64,000 nucleotides of DNA from an uncultured cyanobacterium (GCA_963706595.1 OY970166.1:320001-384000); one strand, 5' to 3'. Numbered from the stretch's first letter, positions 9,684 to 20,194 are shown. The notes: generated from the letters alone by a model not told the origin. Translations and numbers: made by a program.

Positions 9684-9738
9684 AGGTGAGAATATAATGT
9701 GTTGCTTTTAGTATTCCCTAAAAAAGTGCGATTTATTC

Positions 9739-9771
9739 AGATCCCCGACTTCTCAAAGAAGTCGGGGATCT
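9739..9771. repeat. REP palindrome (copy 5) upstream of RAYT
   Basis: AGATCCCCGACTTCT-CAA-AGAAGTCGGGGATCT. Confidence 0.9.
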
Positions 9772-9782
9772 AATCCTGTGAG

Positions 9783-10853
9783 CTATTTGCTGGTTGGTGG
9801 AATTCCCCAAATAGTCACTTTGCCGTCAAAACTACCACTGGCGAGGGTTTGACCATCTGGACTAAAGGCGATCGCACTTACCCAGTCTGAAGTCCCTAAT
9901 AGTGTATTTTGTAACTCCCCTGTAGTTAAATTCCACATTTTTACGCCATCTCTGCCGGCACTGGCTAGGGTTTGTCCATTGGGATTGATGGCGATCGCAT
10001 TCACCCAATTATTATGTCCTGTGAGAGTACGTACTGGCTCGTTAGAATTTTGACTCCAAATTTTAATAGTGCGATCGCGGCTAGCAGTGATCACATTTGA
10101 CCCGTCTGGCGTGAAAGCCAGAGTAGTCACTATCTGGGAATGTGCCGTAAATTCACGGATTAATTCCCCAGTCTTCAAGTTCCACAGCTTAACTACACCC
10201 TTGTTATCACCACTAGCTAAAGTCTGACCATCAGAACTCATTGCCAGTGTATATATAGAATTATCAAAGCGGACTAAAGTACTCAGTGGACGCTGTTGTA
10301 ACAAATCCCACGTCCGAATTCCATCTAAAGCACCACTGACTAGAACTCGACTATCGGGAGACACAGCCAAAGACATCACATTACTGCTATGTCCCACAAA
10401 AGAACGACGAAACCGATTATTTTTCAGATTCCAAAGATTAATTCTATTATCGCTGCTACAGCTAATTAAAGTTTGACCGTCTGGTGAAATTGCTAAAGAC
10501 TGCACCCCAGTTTTGTGTGCTTTCTTGATCTGCCCTGATCTTTGCCCTGTGACGGGATTCCACAATTGGATGATGCCATCATTATTACCACCACCACTGA
10601 CCAAAAGTTTGCTATTGGGACTAAAGGCTAAAGATTTAACGCTTCCTCTATGTCCTAAGAGGGTGTGAAGCAGTTGGGGGTTGGTAATCGCAGTTTTAAC
10701 TTGAGAGTTTGGTCTTAATTCCACAGCAGCGTGAACAGCCGGAATATTTGACCCTTGCCAGACAGTTATCGGCAGAGCGATCGCTGCCATAAATGCCATA
10801 ATAATATACGGGCGCAGTACACATTTGTTTCCAGGGCTTACCTCACTCCGCAC
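9783..10853 (-). CDS. WD40-repeat protein with N-terminal hydrophobic segment
   Basis: Seven GH...LAFSPDG...IKIW repeats; start codon uncertain. Confidence 0.92.
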   Translation of the reverse strand: MRSEVSPGNKCVLRPYIIMAFMAAIALPITVWQGSNIPAVHAAVELRPNSQVKTAITNPQLLHTLLGHRGSVKSLAFSPNSKLLVSGGGNNDGIIQLWNPVTGQRSGQIKKAHKTGVQSLAISPDGQTLISCSSDNRINLWNLKNNRFRRSFVGHSSNVMSLAVSPDSRVLVSGALDGIRTWDLLQQRPLSTLVRFDNSIYTLAMSSDGQTLASGDNKGVVKLWNLKTGELIREFTAHSQIVTTLAFTPDGSNVITASRDRTIKIWSQNSNEPVRTLTGHNNWVNAIAINPNGQTLASAGRDGVKMWNLTTGELQNTLLGTSDWVSAIAFSPDGQTLASGSFDGKVTIWGIPPTSK

Positions 10854-10904
10854 TGTTTTGCCTCACTTTTTAGGATAGATTTCGTCTTCAGCACTGCGAA
10901 CTTC

Positions 10905-11198
10905 TCATCGGCGTGGTTTTTTCTTAGCAATAGTCAGAATTGGCAGAGTCGGACTAGATGATTGGGAAGGCAAATAATGTTGTACGACAGGCTGTTCTGG
11001 GAGGGTTTGCCGTTGCTGGATGCGCCACAACTTAAAAGCTAAACTTATCCCTGCTGTCCCCAACCCGACAGCAAATAATGACCAACTATCATTCAGTCCC
11101 CCAATCAGGGAATCTACCATGCCTACCGTCATCAAGACACTGATTATCGGGTCTCTTCTGTAGGCTGACTTTAAAAAACGAGGTAATACAGCATTCAT
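10905..11198 (-). CDS. Conserved cyanobacterial small membrane protein
   Basis: Two hydrophobic segments; likely start MNAVLPRF within the 131-aa track ORF. Confidence 0.7.
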   Translation of the reverse strand: MNAVLPRFLKSAYRRDPIISVLMTVGMVDSLIGGLNDSWSLFAVGLGTAGISLAFKLWRIQQRQTLPEQPVVQHYLPSQSSSPTLPILTIAKKKPRR

Positions 11199-11379
11199 CA
11201 CGGCTTGGTTTGTCCAGATTACCTTATGTTTGACACTCCCCCACTTTTTGACTGCGGTTTTTGCAAGGGAGTTCGCAATTAGTAGATATTGCTCTGTCAA
11301 AACCAGCTAGTTGTTCCAGCTGGTTCAAACACTTCTAATTACTAGCTTACAACTTCAAATTTTATGCTTATTAGCAGGA

Positions 11380-11550
11380 CTATTTCAGGCCTAGCCATGA
11401 TAGCACACCTTGATTAGTGAAATACTCGATCACCACCATCAGTAAAAAGCCAACCATTGCAGCTCTACCGTTTAAGCGTTCAGCATATTCATTAAAGCCA
11501 AATTTAGGATCTTCTAATTTGGGGGTAATTGTTGGTTGTGATTGTGTCAT
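11380..11550 (-). CDS. hli: High-light inducible protein (Hli/Scp)
   Basis: FGFNEYAERLNGRAAMVGF chlorophyll-binding motif; 56 aa from MTQSQ. Confidence 0.95.
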   Translation of the reverse strand: MTQSQPTITPKLEDPKFGFNEYAERLNGRAAMVGFLLMVVIEYFTNQGVLSWLGLK

Positions 11551-11964
11551 TTTCCTAGAACCTCTTTTTGGCAAACGGGAGTTAAAACAGTGAACAGGTA
11601 ACAATTATCAGGGTTTCAGATGGCATTGAGAACCAGACCAAAACCAACTTCTTTCACAAGTGAGAGAGTGTGACTTTCCATTTGATGATTGCTAACTGAT
11701 GGGGGAGATGGAGGTGCTTGAATGCCAGCATCTCTGAGAGAATCGGCTACAGCGTCCCAAAAAAATCCTACCAATACTATTTTAACAATTTGTAATGATT
11801 TTTTATATATTGTAGAAATACTGCGGCAATAGTCAAGGGTAGGAGTTTCATCGCTTGTGAGTGGGGTTGAAAAAACTAGGTTAGTAGTTAGTTATCCCTA
11901 ATACGGAAGTGCAAGCCGGATACTGGCAGGCTAAAGTTGAATAAAAAATCATTAGAGGCGGAAC

Positions 11965-13056
11965 ATGGAAATCGGCGTTCCTAGAGAGTCTAAGGATCAA
12001 GAATTTCGGGTAGGGTTGAGTCCTTCTAGTGTGCGAGTCCTGCGGGAAAATGGTCATGCCATTTTTGTTGAGACTCAAGCAGGTAGTGGCGCGGGATTTA
12101 CAGACGATGACTATCAAGAAGCTGGTGCTGAAATTGTTTCCACACCCGAAAAAACTTGGAATCGGGAGTTAGTTGTCAAAGTTAAAGAGCCTCTAATTAG
12201 TGAGTATAACTTTTTACAAAAAGGTCAAATATTATTTACTTATCTGCATTTAGCGGCTGATCGGAAATTGACCGAGCATTTAATTGATTGTGGCACTTGT
12301 GCAATCGCCTACGAAACCGTAGAACAACCCGGTGCTAACAAACTACCACTGCTGAGTCCCATGAGCATCATTGCAGGTAGGCTAGCAGTACAATTTGGAG
12401 CCAGATTTCTAGAACGCCAACAAGGTGGTAGAGGAGTTCTTTTAGGTGGTGTCCCCGGAGTCAAAGCCGGAAAAGTCGTAATTTTAGGCGGCGGCGTTGT
12501 TGGTACAGAAGCCGCTAAAATTGCCGTAGGTATGGGTGCGGCTGTGCAAATCTTAGATGTGAGCGTTGAGCGCTTATCTTACTTAGAAACCCTATTTGGT
12601 TCTAGAGTTGAATTGGTGTACAGTAACTCTGCTCACATCCAAGCCGCTATCACAGAAGCCGACTTACTGATTGGTGCAGTTTTAGTCCCAGGACGCAGAG
12701 CGCCCATATTAGTATCGCGTGAATTGGTCAAACAAATGCATCCCGGCTCAGTCATTGTAGATGTTGCAGTTGATCAAGGCGGTTGTGTGGAAACACTACA
12801 CGTCACATCACATACTAATCCTGTCTATGTTGAAGAAGGTGTAGTGCATTATGGTGTTCCTAATATGCCAGGTGCAGTACCTTGGACAGCAACACAAGCA
12901 CTAAATAACAGTACATTACCTTACGTTGTGCAGTTAGCCAATCTAGGCATTAAAGCATTAGATGTTAACCCAGCATTAGCTAAAGGCTTGAATGTCCAAA
13001 ATCATCGCTTAGTACATCCGGCTGTACAAGAGGTTTTCCCAGATTTAGTAAATTAA
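11965..13056 (+). CDS. ald: Alanine dehydrogenase
   Basis: MEIGVPRESKDQEFRV, YLHLAA, GGGVVG, DVAVDQGGC, NMPGAVP. Confidence 0.97.
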   Translation: MEIGVPRESKDQEFRVGLSPSSVRVLRENGHAIFVETQAGSGAGFTDDDYQEAGAEIVSTPEKTWNRELVVKVKEPLISEYNFLQKGQILFTYLHLAADRKLTEHLIDCGTCAIAYETVEQPGANKLPLLSPMSIIAGRLAVQFGARFLERQQGGRGVLLGGVPGVKAGKVVILGGGVVGTEAAKIAVGMGAAVQILDVSVERLSYLETLFGSRVELVYSNSAHIQAAITEADLLIGAVLVPGRRAPILVSRELVKQMHPGSVIVDVAVDQGGCVETLHVTSHTNPVYVEEGVVHYGVPNMPGAVPWTATQALNNSTLPYVVQLANLGIKALDVNPALAKGLNVQNHRLVHPAVQEVFPDLVN

Positions 13057-13096
13057 TAATTTCGTGATTCCTTCAGACTGAAATCTGAAAACACAT

Positions 13097-13128
13097 AAAA
13101 AAAGCCTGCTTATGCAGGCTCAATTTTT
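13097..13128. terminator. Probable bidirectional terminator between ald and vapC
   Basis: A run, AGCCTGC-TTAT-GCAGGCT hairpin, then T-rich tail. Confidence 0.65.
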
Positions 13129-13368
13129 TCTAGTTAATTAACCACAATTCATCTAATTTTAAGGTATAATTAATTGTCATAAAAAATAATTTTATCTTGA
13201 TAGCTAGTTAGTAGCATCGACTAACAAAAATGAAACCTGTATGTTCGCAAATACCAAAACAAATAGACAAAGACAATTTTATGGGTATAATTTTCCAATG
13301 CTTCGGAATATCACCCAACCACTCAACACCAGAATCTTTATACTTTTGATAACCCTGATACTTACCCA

Positions 13369-13788
13369 TTATTCCCCTTCCCAATCTTCTATTTTTAACC
13401 CCTCAACTCGGCTAAATTCTCTAACATTATGAGTCACTAATATCAAATCAGTTGCTAAAGCAATAGAAGCAATTTGGATGTCATTTGAGCCAATAGGAGT
13501 TCCAGCTTTTTCTAAATCAGCCCGAATTTTACCATAAATTTCAGCACAGTAATCATCAAATGATAGAGATACAAATTGCCTGACAAACATCTTTTGAACA
13601 GTTAGAGCTTTTTGAGGATTGTTACTACGCATAGACCCATAAAATAACTCAGCCTTGACTACAGAACAAACCGCAATTTTTTCAGGTTCTAGGTTATCAA
13701 GATGATTATTAATGCTCAGTGAACGACCCTTTAGATACATAATACAAACATTTGTATCTAGTAAATAAATTAAAGAAGTATTACTCAT
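13369..13788 (-). CDS. vapC: VapC PIN-domain toxin
   Basis: YLLDTNVCI, AEL.YG, D..IASIA, LVTHNVREFSRV. Confidence 0.93.
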   Translation of the reverse strand: MSNTSLIYLLDTNVCIMYLKGRSLSINNHLDNLEPEKIAVCSVVKAELFYGSMRSNNPQKALTVQKMFVRQFVSLSFDDYCAEIYGKIRADLEKAGTPIGSNDIQIASIALATDLILVTHNVREFSRVEGLKIEDWEGE

Positions 13789-14098
13789 CAAAAACCCCAA
13801 TCAAATCATCGTCTATTTCAGGAGACATACCTAAATCATCCATTGCAAAATCAATATCAGCACAAGCACCATATAAATTTATTAACCCCCTAGAATGAAG
13901 TATATTTTTTTGTTTCAAAAATTCCCTGAGTTCAGCATCAGAAGCAAAATTTAGTAAATCCTTTAGTTCATCAAAATCAATTAACTGTTCTCGGAAAGCC
14001 TCTAAGACAATATTATTTAGGATTTTTTCTGGTAAATTACCCCATTTTCTTTGGATCTTTTCTGTCAATTTATCTGGTAAATCAATTGTTACTTGCAT
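13781..14098 (-). CDS. Putative cognate antitoxin (UPF0175-like)
   Basis: MQVTIDLPD N-terminus, acidic C-terminus, overlaps the vapC start. Confidence 0.75.
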   Translation of the reverse strand: MQVTIDLPDKLTEKIQRKWGNLPEKILNNIVLEAFREQLIDFDELKDLLNFASDAELREFLKQKNILHSRGLINLYGACADIDFAMDDLGMSPEIDDDLIGVFDE

Positions 14099-14356
14099 AA
14101 TTTGAAAATCTCCTAACTCTATATTTATATATTAGTCCTTAGAGGATGTTTTAAAAGTCTTATTGTCGTATGATGTTTGTGATTTTCCTCTTCCTGTAAA
14201 TATACGGAAAAATTTCGGTAATTTTTCCAAGGCTCAAGACAAAAATAAACTTTTTCTTACATTTTGGCAACATTGCCGAAAAATCAATTATAAAGATTTT
14301 GTGTATCGACATTAGCCTTTATCCTCAAGATGATGGCTAACTCAAGGAGAACATTT

Positions 14357-15802
14357 GTGGAATTTTTATCCAATTCAGTGGTGTTATCACGGATGCAGTT
14401 TGCATTCACTGCACTATTTCACATGATATGGCCTGTCCTGACTACAGGGATGGGGATTTATCTAGTGATAGTTGAAGGAGTATGGCTAAAAACTCGTAAC
14501 CCTGATTACTACCTTCATGCTCGTTTTTGGTCAAAGTTTTACGTCCTCAATTTTGGGATTGGTGTAGCAACTGGTATCCCGATGGAATTTCAATTTGGTA
14601 CGAATTGGGGACCTTTCTCGGAAGCTGTAGGTAACTTTTTTGGTAGCGTTATCGGTTTTGAGGCTTCTTGGGCATTTATGCTAGAAGCAGCATTTTTAGG
14701 TATTATGTTATTCGGCTGGGAACGTGTTAATCCCGCCATTCATTATCTTTCAACAATTTTGGTAGCTTTTGGCGCGAACCTATCAACTCTCTGGATTTTG
14801 ACAGCAAATTCTTGGATGCAAACTCCTGCGGGTGGAGCAATGGTTGATGGTAAATTTGTTGTCAGTGATTACTTTCAGGCAATTTTAAATCCCTTCATGG
14901 TCAATAGTGTGCTGCATATGTTTTTTGCCACACTGGAAACTTCTTTATTTGTGATTGGTGGAATTAGTGCTTGGTATATTTTGAAGCAACGCCACCAAGC
15001 TTTTTTTACTCGGTCTTTAAAGATTGCTTTAGCAGCTGCGATCGCAGTCGCACCATTACAGATATATATTGGACACTTAAGCGGCGAACAAGTTTATCAC
15101 TATCAACCTACCAAACTCGCAGCAATGGAAGCCCAATGGGAATCTTCCCCAGCTGGACAACCTGCTGATTGGAGTTTGCTAGCTATACCCAACGAAAAAG
15201 CCCAAAAAAATGACTGGGAAATCACCGTTCCCAATGCGCTGGGCTACATTCTGGAATTTAAGCAAAACCTTTCGGAACCGTTACGCGGTTTAAAAGAGTG
15301 GAAACCAGAAGATCGTCCTCACATGGTGGGTTTAATTTATTACGCCTTCCGCACAATGATCGCCATTGGCTTTTTCTTAGCCGGCTTAATGCTGTTAAGT
15401 ACATTGCAATGGTTGCGCGGTAAGCTTTCAGCCGAAAATATTATACAGCAACGTTGGCTGATGCGAGCTTGGATCTTAGCCGCACCACTAGGATATCTAG
15501 CCATAGAATCAGGCTGGATTGTGCGCTGTGTAGGTAGACAACCCTGGACACTTTACGGACAAATCCGCACAGTTGATTCTGCTTCTAATGTACCTGCTAG
15601 CAATGTTTTAGTTTCACTCAGTAGCTTTGTCATAGTCTACAGTTTGTTATTTATTGCAGCTATATATTTCGGTAGTCGCATTATTCGTCAAGGGCCAAAT
15701 CTTGACTTACCAATCCCCGGAGTAGAAATTACTAAACCAGCAATAGAAACTTCCCCTGGAGAGTTTATACCCGATGAACGTCCTGTAGAAGCACAACAAT
15801 AA
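14357..15802 (+). CDS. cydA: Cytochrome bd quinol oxidase subunit I
   Basis: SRMQFAFTALFH, EFQFGTNW, QPTKLAAME, GRQPW; GTG start after AGGAG. Confidence 0.97.
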   Translation: MEFLSNSVVLSRMQFAFTALFHMIWPVLTTGMGIYLVIVEGVWLKTRNPDYYLHARFWSKFYVLNFGIGVATGIPMEFQFGTNWGPFSEAVGNFFGSVIGFEASWAFMLEAAFLGIMLFGWERVNPAIHYLSTILVAFGANLSTLWILTANSWMQTPAGGAMVDGKFVVSDYFQAILNPFMVNSVLHMFFATLETSLFVIGGISAWYILKQRHQAFFTRSLKIALAAAIAVAPLQIYIGHLSGEQVYHYQPTKLAAMEAQWESSPAGQPADWSLLAIPNEKAQKNDWEITVPNALGYILEFKQNLSEPLRGLKEWKPEDRPHMVGLIYYAFRTMIAIGFFLAGLMLLSTLQWLRGKLSAENIIQQRWLMRAWILAAPLGYLAIESGWIVRCVGRQPWTLYGQIRTVDSASNVPASNVLVSLSSFVIVYSLLFIAAIYFGSRIIRQGPNLDLPIPGVEITKPAIETSPGEFIPDERPVEAQQ

Positions 15803-15809
15803 GAAAATT

Positions 15810-16110
15810 CTCAACCTCACCCCAACCCTCTCCTTGGTAAGGAGAGGGAGCAGGAATATTTTTTGCGTGTTCATCTGTGGTTTTAAATATCTTGCAACAG
15901 ATGAATTGGGAAAAGTCTTAACCTCACCCCAACCCTCTCCTTAGTAAGGAGAGGGAGCAGGAATATTTTTTTGTGAGTTCATCTGTGGTTGTAAATATTT
16001 TGCAACAGATGAATTGGGAAAAGTCTCAACCTCACCCCAACCCTCTCCTTAGTAAGGAGAGGGAGCAGGAATATTTTTTTGTGAGTTCATCTGTGGTTGT
16101 AAATATTTTG
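15810..16110 (+). repeat. About 107-bp tandem repeat (about 2.8 copies) with CCCTCTCCTT-N3-AAGGAGAGGG hairpin
   Basis: AACCTCACCCC recurs at 15813, 15920 and 16028. Confidence 0.92.
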
Positions 16111-16148
16111 AATCTGTATTTTGGTAAAAAATCTCAACAGGAAATTCT

Positions 16149-17162
16149 ATGGAGACACTTGAATATTTTCTTCCCCAAGTATGGTTTGTAATTTTGGCTC
16201 TGTTCCTCTTACTCTATGTAATGCTAGACGGATTTGATTTAGGGGTAGGGATATTATCTCTCACTTCTACTGATGAGGAACGCCGGGGAATTTTAATGAC
16301 CAGTTTGAGTAACATTTGGGATGCGAATGAAACATGGCTTGTTCTCTTAGGAGGCGGGCTTTTTGGTGCATTTCCCTTAGCTTATGGCACAATTTTTACT
16401 GCGTTATATATTCCCCTACTCACAATGGTGTTTGGGTTTATTTTTCGGGGTGTAGCCTTTGAATTTAGGGAGTTATCCAACCGCAAAATTTTCTGGAATT
16501 TCGCCTTTGGGGCGGGGAGTTTTACCGCCGCACTCGGTCAAGGTTTCGCTTTGGGTGCTGTACTCAAGGGTATTAAAGTTGATCAAGCCGGACACTTTAT
16601 TGGTACAACTTGGGATTGGCTGAGTATTCCCTCTGTGTTGGTGGCTTTAACTTTGATTCAAGGATACGTGTTGATTGGTTCCACTTATCTTATCTGGAAA
16701 ACTACGGGAGAATTACAAGCTACTCACTTTAAAACTGCTAAAATCGCAGCTTGGACAACTTTAATCGGTGCGGTTTTCATTACCGTTACCACACCAATCA
16801 TTTATGAAACTGCTAGATCCCGCTTATTTCAACAACCCCTAGTTTATATCTTTGCCGTCATTCCTGTGTTAGGAGTGCTGCTAATTTGGCAACTTCTCAG
16901 AAGTCTTAACCGCAGAGAAGAAAGAGCGCCTTTTGTGTGGACGATTCTTTTGTTTGTGCTGACTTTTCTAGGTTTAGGATTAATTGTTTTTCCGTATATT
17001 ATTCCTAATCAAATCACCATTTATCAAGCTGCTGCTGATCCGAGTTCGCTGGTAATCATGATTATTTTTATCGGCTTTCTGATTCCAGTGATGTTGTTTT
17101 ACAACCTTTACCAATACATTGTGTTTAGAGGTAAGGTGACTGGTGAGCAGTATGGGGAATAA
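16149..17162 (+). CDS. cydB: Cytochrome bd quinol oxidase subunit II
   Basis: LDGFDLGVG, WDANETWLV, FRGVAFEFR. Confidence 0.97.
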   Translation: METLEYFLPQVWFVILALFLLLYVMLDGFDLGVGILSLTSTDEERRGILMTSLSNIWDANETWLVLLGGGLFGAFPLAYGTIFTALYIPLLTMVFGFIFRGVAFEFRELSNRKIFWNFAFGAGSFTAALGQGFALGAVLKGIKVDQAGHFIGTTWDWLSIPSVLVALTLIQGYVLIGSTYLIWKTTGELQATHFKTAKIAAWTTLIGAVFITVTTPIIYETARSRLFQQPLVYIFAVIPVLGVLLIWQLLRSLNRREERAPFVWTILLFVLTFLGLGLIVFPYIIPNQITIYQAAADPSSLVIMIIFIGFLIPVMLFYNLYQYIVFRGKVTGEQYGE

Positions 17163-17269
17163 TTGAGTTTTTGTTGGTAGTAAACATTTCTAGATCCCCC
17201 TAAATCCCCCTAAACCCCTTCGGGGATGCGCTTTCGGCGTAGAAAAAGGGGGATTTTAATCTATGTTCT

Positions 17270-17511
17270 TTTGGTGTCCCCTTGTGGGGAATTAGTTATA
17301 GGTAACAAGGTTCTATCTCACTTTGGAAGAATCAATCCGATAACGAAAACGCGTTTCCGTCCCCTTGCGGGGAATTGGTTATAGGTAATGACAATTCACC
17401 ACACGCCACGCTACATTTAATTCATGTTTCCGTCCCCTTGCGGGGAAGTGGTTATAGGTAACTTGCAGAGGCACAGCTTACTATCCAAGAACAGATTGCA
17501 CAGTTTCCATC
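17270..17511 (+). CRISPR. Orphan mini CRISPR array: 37-bp repeat GTTTCCGTCCCCTTGCGGGGAATTGGTTATAGGTAAC
   Basis: Repeats at 17270-17306 (degenerate 5' end), 17353-17389, 17426-17462 and a stub GTTTCCATC at 17503; unique spacers of 46, 36 and 40 bp; CCCC/GGGG hairpin; no cas genes in window. Confidence 0.85.
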
Positions 17512-17789
17512 TACAGCTTGCTCTAGCTTGCAGCGACAAAATCAAAGCTAGCTTTACAATCCGTTACAATTTGCCCAGCTACCGCCCAATCTTGATTTAA
17601 CCGTGTTTTGTCTGCTGTGATTCCTAGCTGTGGGATAAATTGTGTGTACGTCGTAGCGTACCAAGGAGGGAAACCGAAAATTAAGGATAAAGTGACGGAA
17701 GGTAGCCAAGCGATCGCCTGACTTCCACACTACTCATCTACAATAGAAATAGAATTGTTGAGATTTGTATAGTTAGAGTTTAAGCTGTC

Positions 17790-18809
17790 ATGGCTCCTGC
17801 CGTTTTAATTGAAAAGCTACAAAAGAGCTACGGTAAAGTAGTCGCTGTCAAAGATGTCTCCTTTCAGGTAGAACAGGGAGAAATCTTTGGTTTACTCGGT
17901 CCTAACGGGGCTGGGAAAACTACGACTCTGCGTGCTTTATGTACTCTCACTACACCGGATGCTGGCAAAATTGAAGTATCTGGTATCTCCGTTATCGATA
18001 ACCCCAGAATCGCCCGCCAAAAACTGGGCTATGTAGCGCAAGAAGTCGCATTAGATAAGGTGCTGACTGGGAAAGAACTACTGCAATTGCAAGCCGCCCT
18101 TTATCATATCCCCCGTGCTGTAGCTAAACAGCGTATTGATATGGTACTAGATTTGCTCGGTTTACAGGAATACGCTAATAAAAAATCTGGAACCTACTCC
18201 GGCGGTTTACGCAAGCGTTTAGACTTAGCAGCTGGTTTACTCCACGCCCCAGATGTTTTGGTGTTGGATGAGCCTACTGTGGGGCTTGACATAGATAGCC
18301 GCTTTGTGGTATGGGAATTTCTGCGACAACTACGCGCCTCTGGGACAACAGTATTAATTACCAGCCATTATTTAGAAGAAATTGATGCCTTAGCGGATCG
18401 TGTGGCAATTATTGACCGTGGTGTGGTGATTGCGGCTGGTACACCTTCTCAATTAAAGGATAAAGTTGGAGGCGATCGCATCACTTTACGAATCCGCGAA
18501 TTTTCCCCCATTGAAGAAGCCGAAAAAGCCAAGCACCTCTTGCAAGATTTACCTTTTGTGCAAGAAATAATTATCAATAACGCTCAAGGTAATTCCCTCA
18601 ATTTAGTAGTCACACCCCAAAGTGATGCCCTCATTACCATCCAGCAATCCCTAAACACCGTCGGCTTACCCACCTTTGGCATTGCCCAATCTCGCCCCAG
18701 CCTCGATGACGTTTACCTCGCCGCCACCGGACGCACCTTACTGGATGCAGAACTCGCCGCAGTCAGCACCCGCGATCCCAAAGCCGAGAAAAAGCAAAAC
18801 ATGAGATAG
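17790..18809 (+). CDS. ABC exporter ATP-binding subunit (DrrA-like)
   Basis: GPNGAGKTT, YSGG, VLDEPT, TSHYLEE. Confidence 0.95.
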   Translation: MAPAVLIEKLQKSYGKVVAVKDVSFQVEQGEIFGLLGPNGAGKTTTLRALCTLTTPDAGKIEVSGISVIDNPRIARQKLGYVAQEVALDKVLTGKELLQLQAALYHIPRAVAKQRIDMVLDLLGLQEYANKKSGTYSGGLRKRLDLAAGLLHAPDVLVLDEPTVGLDIDSRFVVWEFLRQLRASGTTVLITSHYLEEIDALADRVAIIDRGVVIAAGTPSQLKDKVGGDRITLRIREFSPIEEAEKAKHLLQDLPFVQEIIINNAQGNSLNLVVTPQSDALITIQQSLNTVGLPTFGIAQSRPSLDDVYLAATGRTLLDAELAAVSTRDPKAEKKQNMR

Positions 18810-18911
18810 TCATTGGTCATTAGTCATTAGGAAGTTACCATCTTCTCCCCACACCTCCCACACTCCCCACTCCCTACTCCCTACTCCCTACTCCCTACTC
18901 CCTAAATTCCT

Positions 18912-19799
18912 ATGAGTGTTAGTCCTAAAGTGAAATGAATTGGCAGCAATTAGCATCACCAGAAGCTAGATGTGAATGCAGCCCCCAATTTTTTCGGTGA
19001 CTTAGTACAAGAGACGCTGGCTTTAACTCGTCGCTTGTTTATTCAATTACAACGCCGTCCCTCGACGTTAGTCGCCGGAATTATTCAGCCGGTAATGTGG
19101 TTAGTGCTATTTGGCGCTTTATTCCAAAATGCCCCCAAAGGTTTGTTTGGAACTAGTGGAAACTACGGTCAATTTTTAGCGGCTGGCGTAATTGTTTTTA
19201 CAGCCTTTGCCGGGGCGCTAAATGCCGGTTTACCTGTGATGTTTGACCGGGAATTCGGCTTTTTAAATCGTTTGCTGGTAGCACCTTTAGCATCGCGGTT
19301 TTCCATTGTCTTCGCTTCCGCCATCTTTATTATTAGCCAAAGTTTGTTGCAAGCAGCCGTGATTGTAGCAGCAGCAGCCTTTCTAGGGGCGGGGCTACCG
19401 GATGCAGCAGGTTTAGGTGCGATCGCCTTAATCGTCTTTTTACTGGCATTGGGTGTAACCGCCATTTCTCTTGGTTTGGCTTTTACCTTACCCGGTCATA
19501 TCGAATTAATTGCAGTCATCTTTGTTACCAACCTGCCCCTGCTGTTTGCAAGTACCGCCTTGGCTCCTTTATCCTTCATGCCTCAGTGGTTACAAGTTGT
19601 CGCTACCCTCAATCCTCTCAGCTTTGCCATTGAACCAATACGCTATCTTTATCTTCACAGCGATTGGGGACTAGATAGCGTAGTGATGACAGCGCCTTGG
19701 GGTAATGTTACCTTTGGTGGAGCGCTGCTGGTGTTGTTTGGCTTTGCCCTTGTCGCTTTATTGAGCATTCAACCCCGACTGCGGCGAACTCTGGCGTAA
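18912..19799 (+). CDS. ABC-2 type permease; 5' end appears disturbed by compensating indels
   Basis: DREFGFLNRLLVAP and NPLSFA motifs; ATG 18912 is in frame but followed by TGA at 18936; open frame from 18972. Confidence 0.85.
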
Positions 19800-19843
19800 G
19801 ATCACAACTGAATTCGTTACAGCAATTTAAGGGTTAAAACTCT

Positions 19844-20194
19844 ATGAAAAAACCATTTTTATCAGTTACTAAACTTTCAGCGATAACTGTCGCAGGAATT
19901 GGCTTCGCTTCCTTATTTATGGCTGAACCCAGTTTGGCTCAATTCAACTCAGTGGATCGTGGTACAAACCAGAATACTGATCCCTTTGCTGCCCCAAACT
20001 CAGGTGATTTAAATATGATGGATATGATTCATCGGGCAAATATGGGAAGTATCAACTGGAATGCTAATCAGCAACAAGAACAACTAGAATCAACCGCAGC
20101 CGACTTTAGAGCTAGGCAACAAAAAGCTTTTCAAGAACAGCAACAGTCAAATACAGAGTCACCCACAGAACCTCAAGAAACTCAATTGCCGTAA
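19844..20194 (+). CDS. Secreted hypothetical protein
   Basis: Signal peptide ending PSLAQ; Gln-rich tail. Confidence 0.7.
   Translation: MKKPFLSVTKLSAITVAGIGFASLFMAEPSLAQFNSVDRGTNQNTDPFAAPNSGDLNMMDMIHRANMGSINWNANQQQEQLESTAADFRARQQKAFQEQQQSNTESPTEPQETQLP

Noticed and set aside
15810..16110. Second CRISPR-like periodic hairpin array, and ORF 15973-16191
   Set aside because: Whole 107-bp units repeat; the ORF is a by-product of the repeat
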